A DNA stretch of 64,000 nucleotides from Naegleria gruberi (lineage: Eukaryota). Where the stretch lies: assembly GCA_000004985.1 (NCBI GenBank), contig GG738845.1. One strand, written 5' to 3'. Position 1 is the first letter of the stretch. The number at the start of each line of letters is the position of its first letter. Below, one piece after another: positions 1 to 10,410 of this stretch. Below the pieces are notes generated by a model. It searched no databases and was not told where the DNA came from. It was given only the letters and a program-made list of their open reading frames with translations. The translations under genes and the position numbers were made by a program.

Positions 1-666
1 ACTCTAATTAAACATCCTTCATTTAATTTGTTTGCTGAAGATTTCTTTTTGATTCCACTTGAACTCTTTTTTAAACTATCAAAATGTTGTTGTTTTTCAG
101 ATTTTGGCTTTTGTTCCTTTGGTGTGACTGTTTAATATGTGCATTTATAAATTTCATCAATTCGATCAAAATTATTGGTTTAATAATTGTATCATGTTGA
201 ATTCCAATATAATATAATAATCCAAGTAATTGTCCATTGTTATGCATAAATAATTTCCATCCATCATGTAAATTTTAAATAAAAAGACGTACACTTTTTA
301 AAAGTCATCCATACAGAATGTTTATCCTTATTTTCACTATACAATTGCGAAACTTTTGTAATAAATTCGTGTTTGTTATTAATATAAACCATTTGTTCCG
401 ATCAAAAAAGTATTATTATTCTTATTGTGCTTTGGTGCAATTTCCTCGTCTCAATTTTTTTTATTTTTAAATATTTTATTTGATTACATCATCAAGGCAA
501 ACTTGCAAGCCAAATTAATTTCATCACACACATAAATATTAATATTACTAGATTTCGGAATTCATGTTTTGCTGCTTAATAGACAGATAAAACGTGATTC
601 ACAAAATTTGATGAACAAGAGAATTACCTGACCACATCTAATAATAGATAATAAAAATTGAAAAAA

Positions 667-1730
667 ATGAATTGGTATTTTACTGATCAAGAATTGGCTT
701 TGCTTCCATCACTTCAGGGAGAGAATAAAATAACGAGGGAGAGTGAAGCTGAATATAGAAGATCAACAGCATCGTTTATTCAACAAGCTGGTATTCATTT
801 GAAAGTGTAGGTTGAAAATAGTAGAATAGTAATTTTAAATTTCCGAAGTCCACAATTAACCATCGCAACTAGTCTAGTATTCTTTCATAGATTTTATGCT
901 AAATATGAATTTCAAAAACATGATAGATTTGTATGTAGTAGTTGGTAGTTTTTTCGGATAGAATTAATATTTTGGAAATTAATTTGTTTGTGGATTATTG
1001 GATGTTGTTGTATTTATAATAATTTATTCATAATTATAATAATAATTATTGGAAATGATTGCAGACGGTTGCTATTGCTTGTCTGTTTTTAGCAGGTAAA
1101 GTGGAAGAAACACCAAAGAAATTAAAGAATATTATCGATTCTAGTGATGCTGTACGAAAGAGTAAACAATCAACTAAGGAAATGGAAAAATTAATTGAGG
1201 ATGTTATTGAAAAGGAAAAATTATTATTGAAATTATTGAATTTTGATTTTAAAATTGAACATCCATATAAATCAGTCATGCATTATATTTACAATTTAAA
1301 GAAAGATGACAAGTATAAAGATAAGGTTAAAGAGTTGGCACAATATGCTTGGAATTTTGTGAACGATAGTTTCCAAACTCTCTTGTGTTTGCAATATCCT
1401 CCAAGAAAGATTGCTGCTGCCTGTATTTACTTATCAACAAATCAATATATCAATATACAATTACCTGATGGATGGGAACAATCAGATGTCTTTAAAACTA
1501 CACACGCCGAAAATGAAAAGATTTCAAAAATAATTTCAGCTCTCTACCCTCAACAACCAAAGAAGAAATTACCATTTGAGGTTATTGACAACAACACAAG
1601 TGGATCAGCTAGTAGTTCAAGCAATGTTCAAGAACAACCAAGCACAACAGAAAATCCTTCCTCCTCAACATTACAAGACACTCAGGACTCGATAATGAAA
1701 GGAAATTCAGAATCTGCCACTGAGTTTTAA
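667..1730 (+). CDS. Cyclin of the cyclin C/K/L/T-like family. Three exons: 667..806, 849..930 and 1065..1730.
   Basis: The cyclin-box reading 'PQLTIATSLVFFHRFYAKYEFQKHDRF' and 'TVAIACLFLAGKVEETPKK' is only contiguous after removing two introns. Intron 1 is 807..848 (GTAGGT...AG) and intron 2 is 931..1064 (GTATGT...AG). Phases are consistent across both junctions, and the ATG sits in an A-run context. Confidence 0.7.
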
Positions 1731-2027
1731 AGCACAAACAATGTCAATAAATAATTTAACCTCTTACAATTATGAATCTGATTAATAAGCCTCCCATTCA
1801 AGGTGTATCAGTAATGAAGAAGATAATCTGCTATTAACATTCGATTGGTTTTGTTAGAAAATCAACAAGAATTCTTCTTCACCTTCAAAGAATATTTTTT
1901 ACATTTAAAAAAAATACAAAAACAAATATTTTGTGATCCGATCAATCTTCATCACGAATATTTTTCATCATCATTATTGGCCATCATCGCAAAGAATAAT
2001 ATTTATTGGAAAAAACAACTTGTACAA

Positions 2028-2756
2028 ATGGTAAAACTTTCACCGGAATTAGTAGCATCATCAGCACAATTTTTCAATCCAATCAAGGAGAGAGAATTAG
2101 ATTTGAGAGGAAATAAAATTGTAACTATTGAAAATCTTGGTACTACGAGGGATAGTTTTGATGTGATTGATTTTTCGGATAATGAAATTGCTAGAATGGA
2201 GAACTTTCCATTGCTAAGAAGATTACATACACTCTTTTTTAACAATAATAGACTAAATTATATTGATGAAAAGCTAGGAGAAAAGAATTTACAAAACTTG
2301 GAAACTTTAATATTGACTAATAATTATTTCAAGGAACTTTACGAGTTGAACGGATTAAAGACATTTAAAAAGTTGAAATCGATATCATTGCTGGACAATT
2401 TGGTAAATAAGAAGGAAAACTATAGGTTATATTTGATATTCCTCTTACCAACTTTAAAGTACTTGGATTTCATCAAGGTAAAGAAAATTGAAAGAGATAG
2501 ATCTAAACACATCTATGGAACACTTGCCAAGCCAACAGAGGAAGCTCAAAAAATTCTAGGAATTACAAAGACAGCAGCTGTCATTAGTACAGAAACTAGT
2601 AACAAACAAGCATCTGCTTTAACAGAAAAGCCAGCCCTCTCTCCCGAGGAAATTATGAAAATCAAAAAAGCAATCATACAAGCCAAAACGCTTCAGGAAG
2701 TTGAATATTACAAACAAGCTCTCAAACAAGGTATTCTTCCAAAGGAGCTTCATTAG
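2028..2756 (+). CDS. U2 snRNP protein A' (SNRPA1/Lea1), a leucine-rich-repeat protein.
   Basis: Translation from the ATG at 2028 reads 'MVKLSPELVASSAQFFNPIKERELDLRGNKIVTIENLGTTRDSFDVIDFSDNEI...LRRLHTLFFNNNRL', which is near-collinear with U2A' proteins. The six-frame track's ORF at 1845 uses an upstream non-ATG start. Confidence 0.75.
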   Translation: MVKLSPELVASSAQFFNPIKERELDLRGNKIVTIENLGTTRDSFDVIDFSDNEIARMENFPLLRRLHTLFFNNNRLNYIDEKLGEKNLQNLETLILTNNYFKELYELNGLKTFKKLKSISLLDNLVNKKENYRLYLIFLLPTLKYLDFIKVKKIERDRSKHIYGTLAKPTEEAQKILGITKTAAVISTETSNKQASALTEKPALSPEEIMKIKKAIIQAKTLQEVEYYKQALKQGILPKELH

Positions 2757-2860
2757 ATTATGTAACATTACAAATTGTTGTTATTAATAAATATTTCAAT
2801 TTCACTCTCCAAATTTCAATTTCACTTTGAAGCTCAATATCAAATTTTAACAAATAAAAA

Positions 2861-4090
2861 ATGTCCCAAGATCACTCAACTTCATTACAATTAACTACTG
2901 ATCAGACAAATTTAAAAAGTATTATTTGTAGAGCTCTCGAAAAAAGTGAGATATTCAGACAGCGTTTCGCTGAGAAATTCCATCAAACAACTCTGGAAAA
3001 TTTGTGTATTAAAAGTTCTGCCATCGATAATGGCATTAGTAACAAGATTTTCACAATTGAATTATCCTCATCTTCTCCCTCATTAGTAGAAACAGCAATC
3101 GAGAAAAATTCGATCTGGAGCTGCATGGAAGTGATCCTTAAAATTACTTCTGACAAGTCCACAAATATTCCTTCATTATTTAACAAGACACTGAATGAGG
3201 CATGTATTATGAAATTCCTACATGCCAATCTTGCTCATCAATTTAAATCTCCAACAATTTATGATCATACAGATGGGAATGGGAAGGGAGAAAGTGAAAT
3301 GGATTACATTCTGATGGAGAAATGTGAAGGAATGGCCTTGAATTTGATTTATGATGAATTGAGTGATGAGGAGAGAAGATTGCTCATTTCACATATAAGT
3401 GAGATGAGAGGTAAATTATGTGAATTTGCATTCATTCCAGAGGATTCTCATGGAAACTTAAAGGAAACTCTATTTGGATCAGTGCTAGATATTAAGGTAG
3501 TTAATGATAAGGTTGCTCATGTCACTGTTGGAAGAAATAGTGATGGAGATGGACCATTTGAATCATTTTCAGACTTTTTAATTGCTAATTTTGAAAAAAG
3601 GATTGAAGAAATGCTCAAAGATGAAAGAGTTTCGTCTCTAGTTTACAATTTTCAACAATTAGTGAAGTATCTGAAAGAGAAACCTCTTTCTATTTCTTCA
3701 GATTTATATCAATTATGTCACATTGATTTGACCCCAAATAATGTTATTGTCAATCCTTCCACCAATCACATTACTGGCATAATTGACTGGGAATGGGGAG
3801 TAATGACTCTCTTAGATATGGACATTAATGAATTAATGACATGGACAAGAAATGATCAAGAAATATCCTTCCTCAAAGAATGTCTCCACCAGCACATTCC
3901 CCAAATTGGTAAAAACTCGAATTTTTGGGAGGAATTTGAAGGGAGAAGAAAATTATTTCTAGCACTGGATTGGGCCATTCGATTATCAAGTTACAAGAAT
4001 TGGTTTAGAAATGATGAAACAGAGGCAGAATCATTCATTGTGAAGGCATTGGAAAATACCAAGCAGTTTTTTATGGAAAATTCATTCTAA
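2861..4090 (+). CDS. Protein-kinase-like phosphotransferase of the APH/choline-kinase fold family.
   Basis: The Brenner/APH motif 'HIDLTPNNVIV...ITGIIDWEWG' is present. The ATG has an A-run context. Confidence 0.5.
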   Translation: MSQDHSTSLQLTTDQTNLKSIICRALEKSEIFRQRFAEKFHQTTLENLCIKSSAIDNGISNKIFTIELSSSSPSLVETAIEKNSIWSCMEVILKITSDKSTNIPSLFNKTLNEACIMKFLHANLAHQFKSPTIYDHTDGNGKGESEMDYILMEKCEGMALNLIYDELSDEERRLLISHISEMRGKLCEFAFIPEDSHGNLKETLFGSVLDIKVVNDKVAHVTVGRNSDGDGPFESFSDFLIANFEKRIEEMLKDERVSSLVYNFQQLVKYLKEKPLSISSDLYQLCHIDLTPNNVIVNPSTNHITGIIDWEWGVMTLLDMDINELMTWTRNDQEISFLKECLHQHIPQIGKNSNFWEEFEGRRKLFLALDWAIRLSSYKNWFRNDETEAESFIVKALENTKQFFMENSF

Positions 4091-4156
4091 ATTCTGCATT
4101 TTTCTTAATTTGGACTTGGGAATTGCAAAATTGAATTAAAACACAATAAAATTACA

Positions 4157-5764
4157 ATGGTGTTGCTCTTTACAATCATAAAACAAATGAATACCAGACA
4201 CACAGTTTTCAGAAAATCCAATGTGATGGATTTAGCAACATGTTTGCGTACCTCAACACTCAGAACCAATAATGCTCAGAAAGTTAAGGAAAAACCTCTC
4301 GAACCACTCATTCTCTCACCTATTAATCACTTGTGGGAAATATGTGTCAAGATAAATTCCTACTTGAGACCAAAAGATTTATTCAAAATAATGTTGACTT
4401 GTTCACAGTATTATGAATGGGTTGTCAAATATAATTTAGAAAAACATGTTCCAATTGGAGTTTCTTCATGTCTAGCAGTTTATTTTAAGTTTTCAGCAGA
4501 TCGATTTAGAAAATATGAAAAAAGTTTATTGTTCATGATGGATAGGTTTGGGCACGTCATTTCAGAAAGTCAATTATTACAGATTTTACAACAGAGCTGT
4601 ACCAGTGGATTGGACAGATTAATGTATTCAGCAATAGATTTGATGGATTCTATTAGGTTTGAATCAATCTTGGAATTGTATTTTAGAGATCAAAACTTAT
4701 TCGATATGTTCTTTAGACATCCCAAGCTCATTGAAAGAGTGGAAGAATTTCAAGATTCTTTTATTGCTCATTTAGAATCAACTGATAGAGAGTTTAGAAT
4801 GGTATACAAATTCTTCTTCAATTCTGAATTATTTAACTGCTTGATAGAAAATTCATTACCTTGGATTGAGAAGAATAGCCAAGTACTGAGAGAAATTAAG
4901 GATTTGGATGTCAAGATGAGACAAATCCCAAAACTCAAACAATTGGTAATTAAGCATTTTGAATCAGTAACGGATTGTAATACTGAACAATTGAGTAAGA
5001 TAGTTTTGCAACTGTCAAAGAAAGAAAGAGAAACTGTGGAGAGTAAGCTGAATGATGAAGATGATTTAAACATGGAACACATGAAAAGTTATGAGGTCTG
5101 CAAAGTATTTGGTAAATCCATTCTCGAAAAAGCAAACTCTCAAGACAAAAAAAGCCACAATTTGATAGCTCTCTGCTTGAGAACAAATCCAGAGTTGGCC
5201 AAGGATTTTGATTTGAGAACATTTGGGTATGATCTTATTGTGAATCGTCAATTTGCAATCATTTCTGGTCTAGTCTCAACTTTTTCATTGAAATTCATTG
5301 AGCAATTAGCTCCCTCTCCAAGATCTTTCCTTGTAATGGTATTGAGAAGTGCTAATCCGCTTGGATCAAATTCCAATTACATTGGGCTTAGGAGTACTGA
5401 AACGTCTTCAAGAATAACTAGACACAAAGTAGAGCTGATCTACTTGATTGAAAACATGTTCCACAAATTCCCAGATATGAAAATTCGTAGGTTCAATGAT
5501 AAGGTATTGAGAGAGGCCAAAAATCTCCATTCCAAAGAGATTGAAGCATCAATTTTGAAACACAAGGATTATTCAACTGAATGTGATAGCGAAAGTGATT
5601 GTAGCAGCAGTGAGGATGAATATTCTTTGGAAAGCGGTAAAAAAATTATGGATGAAATTAATAAGAAACGAATTGAGAGAAATCAAAAAAATAGAAAAGT
5701 AAGAAGGAGCTATAGAAATTACTTTGATGAAGATGATTATGATTCCATGTATGGGTATTATTGA
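4157..5764 (+). CDS. Hypothetical protein with an acidic/Ser-rich C-terminus.
   Basis: A 535-aa intact ORF with no recognisable domain. Confidence 0.5.
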   Translation: MVLLFTIIKQMNTRHTVFRKSNVMDLATCLRTSTLRTNNAQKVKEKPLEPLILSPINHLWEICVKINSYLRPKDLFKIMLTCSQYYEWVVKYNLEKHVPIGVSSCLAVYFKFSADRFRKYEKSLLFMMDRFGHVISESQLLQILQQSCTSGLDRLMYSAIDLMDSIRFESILELYFRDQNLFDMFFRHPKLIERVEEFQDSFIAHLESTDREFRMVYKFFFNSELFNCLIENSLPWIEKNSQVLREIKDLDVKMRQIPKLKQLVIKHFESVTDCNTEQLSKIVLQLSKKERETVESKLNDEDDLNMEHMKSYEVCKVFGKSILEKANSQDKKSHNLIALCLRTNPELAKDFDLRTFGYDLIVNRQFAIISGLVSTFSLKFIEQLAPSPRSFLVMVLRSANPLGSNSNYIGLRSTETSSRITRHKVELIYLIENMFHKFPDMKIRRFNDKVLREAKNLHSKEIEASILKHKDYSTECDSESDCSSSEDEYSLESGKKIMDEINKKRIERNQKNRKVRRSYRNYFDEDDYDSMYGYY

Positions 5765-5834
5765 TCAATTTCTGATATCTGATGATGAATAAATAATCGA
5801 GTTTCCATTGTAACATTGAAAGTACTTTTTCCTT

Positions 5835-7441
5835 TCATTCTTTCTCATTGTCATCACTTTGAATTTCCAAATTTTGCAATATTTCCTTAATTACTTTTCT
5901 CTCTTCGTTTGAACATTTTTCAGATTCTAAAATTTCACATAGTTTCCAATCTTCAATTTGTGGACTTACAATATCCTTATCAGTTTTTACAAGCTCTAAC
6001 AGACTTTTCAAACAGTGCCATCTACATGGCTCAAGACCCACTCCTTCATTAAGAACTGTTATTGCACCTTGTCCTATTAAATATTTGACGGATTCTTCGT
6101 CATTGCAGTAGCAAATGTTCATAATGGATATAAAAGCTTCTGATTTGATTTGAATTTCGTTACTTTTGGCAGAATCAATGATGAGAGGAACCAAACCAGC
6201 GTCTATCACATGTTTAATTTGAGTATCGCCTCCCAGTATATTAGCAATAGTTAAAAGAGCATCTTTTCTTATTGATATTCTTGGGCTATTGATCAGTGTT
6301 GGCATTTCTCGTAGTAATCCAGCATTCAACATATACTCTGTCTCCATATCATTCCCACTAGATATGATTGCAAAAATACGAAGTACAGGGCTATTGTTAT
6401 TGGAATATTCCAGCTCAATTGATTTAAATCAATATTCAACTTACGTTACAATGGAATTGCTTTTTGATCTGAGAAAAGGGATTATTCTTGTTATAAAACC
6501 ACTTTCAATAAATAATGAAATGCCCTCATCTTGAAAAAACATAATTTTTTCAAGAGCCCAACAAGCATCACAAAGAATTTGATCATCATCAGCAAACAGC
6601 AATATGTGAAGTGCTGACATGACCATTTTAGCATGATTCAATGAAACACATGGTTTACCTTTTGTTAAATTCAAAAGACATGAGGAGACTGAAAGCTGGT
6701 CTCAGAATTATTATCAGCTCACTGCAACTTACCAGATCTCATAAAAGTAATAGAATTGGAATTCTGTTCTAACTGTTTCAGTATTGTTGGTAGCACGTCC
6801 TCATCCAAAATCAAGTCTCTAAACGAAACCAATTCTTCAGCAATATCCCCAAGTACGTAATTACATTGTTCTTTCAAATCCAAACAATCGCAAGTTTTCA
6901 ATAAATGTACAATGTGTGGAATGCATCCTAGTGAAACCATATTGGATGCTGAACTTCCAAAACTGAAAACTCTTTCAATAGTAGACATTACTTCATAATA
7001 AAGAATTTCCAACTTTTCTCTTGAAATTGTTTCAATTTTCTTTGTATTGTTGTGTCTTCCATTTTCAATATTGTAATAGATTGAAATAAAATCTTCATTG
7101 ATAAATAATGCCATTCGCTCAACTAATTCAGTGACACGAGAAAGTCTTCTACTAGAGGCAGTAATGATCTTTCGTATTTTCACAACAGTTTCCAACACTT
7201 TTTTAAAACTGTTATATTCCATATCAAGATAATAGTGAAAAATCTTGAAAGTATCATCCGAGAGTGGAGCATCCTTTCGTTTCGAATAAAAATTGCCAAG
7301 TTTAGATCGTGATTTTGCTTCAATTACATTCCGATAGTTTTGTTTTTTAATCCATTCATAGCCTGGCGATAATTTCACTTGTTGATCGGTGATGTCGTGA
7401 TGATTAACAAGGATGCTTTCTTCGGTTTCTTGTTGGTTCAT
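5835..7441 (-). CDS. Importin-alpha-like armadillo-repeat protein. Three exons: 7441..6733, 6688..6445 and 6357..5835.
   Basis: The reading contains 'FRDLILDEDVLPTILKQL', 'NLTKGKPCVSLNHAKMVMSALHILLFADDDQILCDACWALEKI' and 'IVTGNDMETEYMLNAGLLREMPTLINSPRISIRKDALLTIANILGG', which match the importin-alpha ARM core 'NIVTGDD.QTQ'. Three minus-strand ORFs are joined by two introns. Intron 1 (+ coordinates 6689..6732) has donor GTAAGT and acceptor TTTCAG. Intron 2 (6358..6444) has donor GTAAGT and acceptor ATCTAG. Phases are consistent at both junctions. Confidence 0.7.
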
Positions 7442-7488
7442 TTTTTTTTGCAATTCTATTGTAAACTGTCTTGTTATTAATACATCAT

Positions 7489-9453
7489 TTACAAAAATTC
7501 CATATGATCATCATCATTGGAAGGACGATGAACAAACCTATAAAGAGCTACCAGATATCTTGGATCCATTCTACTATAATTCTCAAAATTTTGATCCATA
7601 AAATCAGAATAATCCTCCCCTGATAGTATTTTCTCGGTATGTTCAGAAAGTAGCAAATTCTCATTGATCATTGTCAAATGGTAGAGAGTGAGTCGTTCCT
7701 CTGTATTAAATACAGTGTGAATCGTGTTTTCCAACAAGTCCAAATCAAAAATATTTGGCTTGAAACAATTTCTGAGCCAATGCAAATTAGTTTCACAATC
7801 AGTCCAACCAATGCAGTGATGCACTATGGAGAGAATATTTTCCTTGATTATATCCTCATCTCCCTTAATTTCACTCAATTTCTTCCATTCCACAATTAAG
7901 CTTGGAAATATTATGTCAATATGTGATTTCATATCAACAATATATTTAAATGAAGTCAATAAGTTGGATAAAAATCCAGTACGTTCCTGAATCTCAAAAA
8001 TATCTAAATTGAAAGTGTCCATTATATATCTGATAGTGAAAGAGCTGCTCTGTGAGTAGTGTCGCCAAAAAAGTGCTTCCTCAATACGCTCTAGAGGAAA
8101 ATTAATTCCTCTCTTATTTGCAATTTTTAGAAACTTGTCAGTAATTTTCAATTTGGCACAATCTAGAAAGGAAACTGCCTCAAGATCTATTGGATACAAT
8201 TTCAAGAGCTCATCAATATAGACATCAGATAGTTTGCAAATCGAATCTAGGAGAAAACTATGCAAGTATCTGGAAATAATCGATTCACGACTTGTAAATT
8301 TCTCCAAGTGCTTGAAAAATCGCACCACTGTATGAGCGAGAGACAATTCTTCCTCCTCAGAGTCAACATTTCTCAAACATTGATACAGACCACTTTCTGG
8401 AAGCCCTTTCTCCATTCCATTTCTTTCGAATATTCCAATTACCAATGGTAAAATATCTTCAAAATATTCAATGTTCTGTAACAAGATACTTTCAAACCAT
8501 GTACTGCTGAGTGGAGTTTTAAATTTAAGTCCAACAAAGTGTTGTAGAACGGTTCCACAATCCTCTACTGGAACATGTGAATGTAAATAATTGATACATG
8601 CACGAAATATTGAGAGCCAACACCTTTCAGAATAGTCCAACTCTAAATGATGCTTGTAAAAGAATGAAAATGCTTTCATTCCAAATTGAAAATCCTCTTT
8701 TGGACATGAACTACTTGGATGGTGTTCCCTTCCTGTAAAAACTGTCAACATTGGATAAAGGAAGGCCTCACTATGTTCACTGTAATTATACCAATAAAAG
8801 AATGTAGAAATTGCAATAGATCCTATAGATAATAATTGTTTTTCCATCAAGTATTTGTATCTTTTCCCATTCACAAACGAATTATTCTCATTTGATATCT
8901 CACTAATTGAATCATCATTCACTTGAGGTTTTTCCACAAATTTCTGAAAGGATTTTCTCTTTGCTGTTGAATCCTTCAATATGTGAGCAGAATACGAATT
9001 GATAAATGTATTCATCAATGCTCTATTCAACATGCAATATTTCGATTCACCTTTCCATTTGATTCTTTTCAATGATGAAATTAATACTTGTTTCTCCTTA
9101 ATATTTTCTTCAGTATAGAGATCTGAACTGGAAAGTATACTTCCTATCATCCTAACCACCTCATCATTCCAAGTATTTCTATCACCATTATTAATTACGT
9201 TATTATTAATCTTTGCAATATTATGAAATTTAATTCCTCTCCCTATTGCTGCAGCTGAATGAACATTCATTAATTTATGAAATTGCAATTTAATATTAGA
9301 CGAAAGAAAGTGTTGCAGAATAGTTCGCCAGAATGGTTCAAATCGATTCAAGTGTTTCGTCCACTCGGAACAAACCAGCATTGCATTGGCCAAATTACGA
9401 ATTGGAAGAAATTCCAACACACAAAATAAATCATCCAGTGATAAATGTTTCAT
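7489..9453 (-). CDS. F-box-like protein, otherwise hypothetical.
   Basis: The N-terminus reads 'LSLDDLFCVLEFLPIRNLANAMLVCSEWTKHL'. A 654-aa intact ORF with an A-run ATG. Confidence 0.55.
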   Translation of the reverse strand: MKHLSLDDLFCVLEFLPIRNLANAMLVCSEWTKHLNRFEPFWRTILQHFLSSNIKLQFHKLMNVHSAAAIGRGIKFHNIAKINNNVINNGDRNTWNDEVVRMIGSILSSSDLYTEENIKEKQVLISSLKRIKWKGESKYCMLNRALMNTFINSYSAHILKDSTAKRKSFQKFVEKPQVNDDSISEISNENNSFVNGKRYKYLMEKQLLSIGSIAISTFFYWYNYSEHSEAFLYPMLTVFTGREHHPSSSCPKEDFQFGMKAFSFFYKHHLELDYSERCWLSIFRACINYLHSHVPVEDCGTVLQHFVGLKFKTPLSSTWFESILLQNIEYFEDILPLVIGIFERNGMEKGLPESGLYQCLRNVDSEEEELSLAHTVVRFFKHLEKFTSRESIISRYLHSFLLDSICKLSDVYIDELLKLYPIDLEAVSFLDCAKLKITDKFLKIANKRGINFPLERIEEALFWRHYSQSSSFTIRYIMDTFNLDIFEIQERTGFLSNLLTSFKYIVDMKSHIDIIFPSLIVEWKKLSEIKGDEDIIKENILSIVHHCIGWTDCETNLHWLRNCFKPNIFDLDLLENTIHTVFNTEERLTLYHLTMINENLLLSEHTEKILSGEDYSDFMDQNFENYSRMDPRYLVALYRFVHRPSNDDDHMEFL

Positions 9454-9580
9454 TTTTTTACTCTAAACTGGAGTCGATCAAAGGAATAATGGTTCAGAAA
9501 TGAACCTGTAACAGGTTCAATAATTTAAAAACTATTTACAATAATATTAAAAAATAGTAAAAATTATTATTAATAAAAAA

Positions 9581-10282
9581 ATGAGTAAAGTGATGATGGA
9601 AAAGAATGTTGAGGAAGATGATCGGGATGAAGAATTAAATTCGGATGATGATCAACACGAAGAACAACAACAACAAACTAATTTGGAGGATGCGTTTAGT
9701 TCTCTTGATAAACGATTAATTAATACATTAAAAAGTCAATACGGAGATGAAATTGTAGGAGATTTAGAATATAAACTAGGAAGTAAAATGATGATTGAAG
9801 ATGATGATGATGAAATTGTTGAAATTATAGATGATGACGACGATCAAATGGAGGATGAGCAAGAAGTAAATGGTGATTCTGCAATTCCTTCACGATATGT
9901 ATTTAGAAATTACGAACCAACAGATTATAAATTAAAAAGATACAAAAAGAGAAATTATGCCACTCTCAATACTAGTGAGAAAACATCCAAGTATTTCGCT
10001 ACTCCAATAGAATCGACTGAAGTCATTTTACGTGATACACTTGCTCCACTGTTGGAAATTGCTGCAAAACAACAAAGCTTGGCAGGATTGGATAAACTTT
10101 TGGTTGGTGAAGATGATAGTGCAGAAATAGCTCTGCTGAAACCTAAAAAGCTCAATGAGGATTTAAAGAGACAGATAAAAACCGAATTGGAATATTTAGA
10201 GAAGCAAACTAATGTTGCTCTCAAGGATATGCTCCAAGAAAGAATTGAAGAGGAGGAAGAGGACTCTGAAGAAGAAGATTAA
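9581..10282 (+). CDS. Cwf18/CCDC12-like spliceosome-associated acidic protein (tentative).
   Basis: The 'VFRNYEPTD' motif and the C-terminal 'PKKLNEDLKRQIKTELEYLEKQTNVALKDMLQERI' resemble the Cwf18 family. I am relying on memory of that family and have not aligned it. Confidence 0.4.
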   Translation: MSKVMMEKNVEEDDRDEELNSDDDQHEEQQQQTNLEDAFSSLDKRLINTLKSQYGDEIVGDLEYKLGSKMMIEDDDDEIVEIIDDDDDQMEDEQEVNGDSAIPSRYVFRNYEPTDYKLKRYKKRNYATLNTSEKTSKYFATPIESTEVILRDTLAPLLEIAAKQQSLAGLDKLLVGEDDSAEIALLKPKKLNEDLKRQIKTELEYLEKQTNVALKDMLQERIEEEEEDSEEED

Positions 10283-10410
10283 TTATTGTAACAATACTAA
10301 ATTATTTCACTTTTTAAATATTTATACTTGAGTTCTAGATAAAGAGTACATCAACCTATTTGTATTGAATTTTGATTTTACAAATTCTGAATATTTTCAA
10401 CTTGAAAAAA

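Noticed and set aside
1-136. A plus-strand open frame running from the window edge to a TAA at 134..136 ('...KCCCFSDFGFCSFGVTV*'), possibly the 3' end of an upstream gene.
   Set aside because: Only 45 codons are visible and there is no recognisable domain, so it cannot be supported from this window alone.
7439-7493. The F-box ORF and the importin-alpha ORF could be a single fused gene through a frameshift or a splice.
   Set aside because: The two reading frames differ. The only GT/AG pairs in the 47-bp gap give immediate stops. Importin-alpha has its own A-run ATG. I kept them as two genes and flagged the tight spacing instead.
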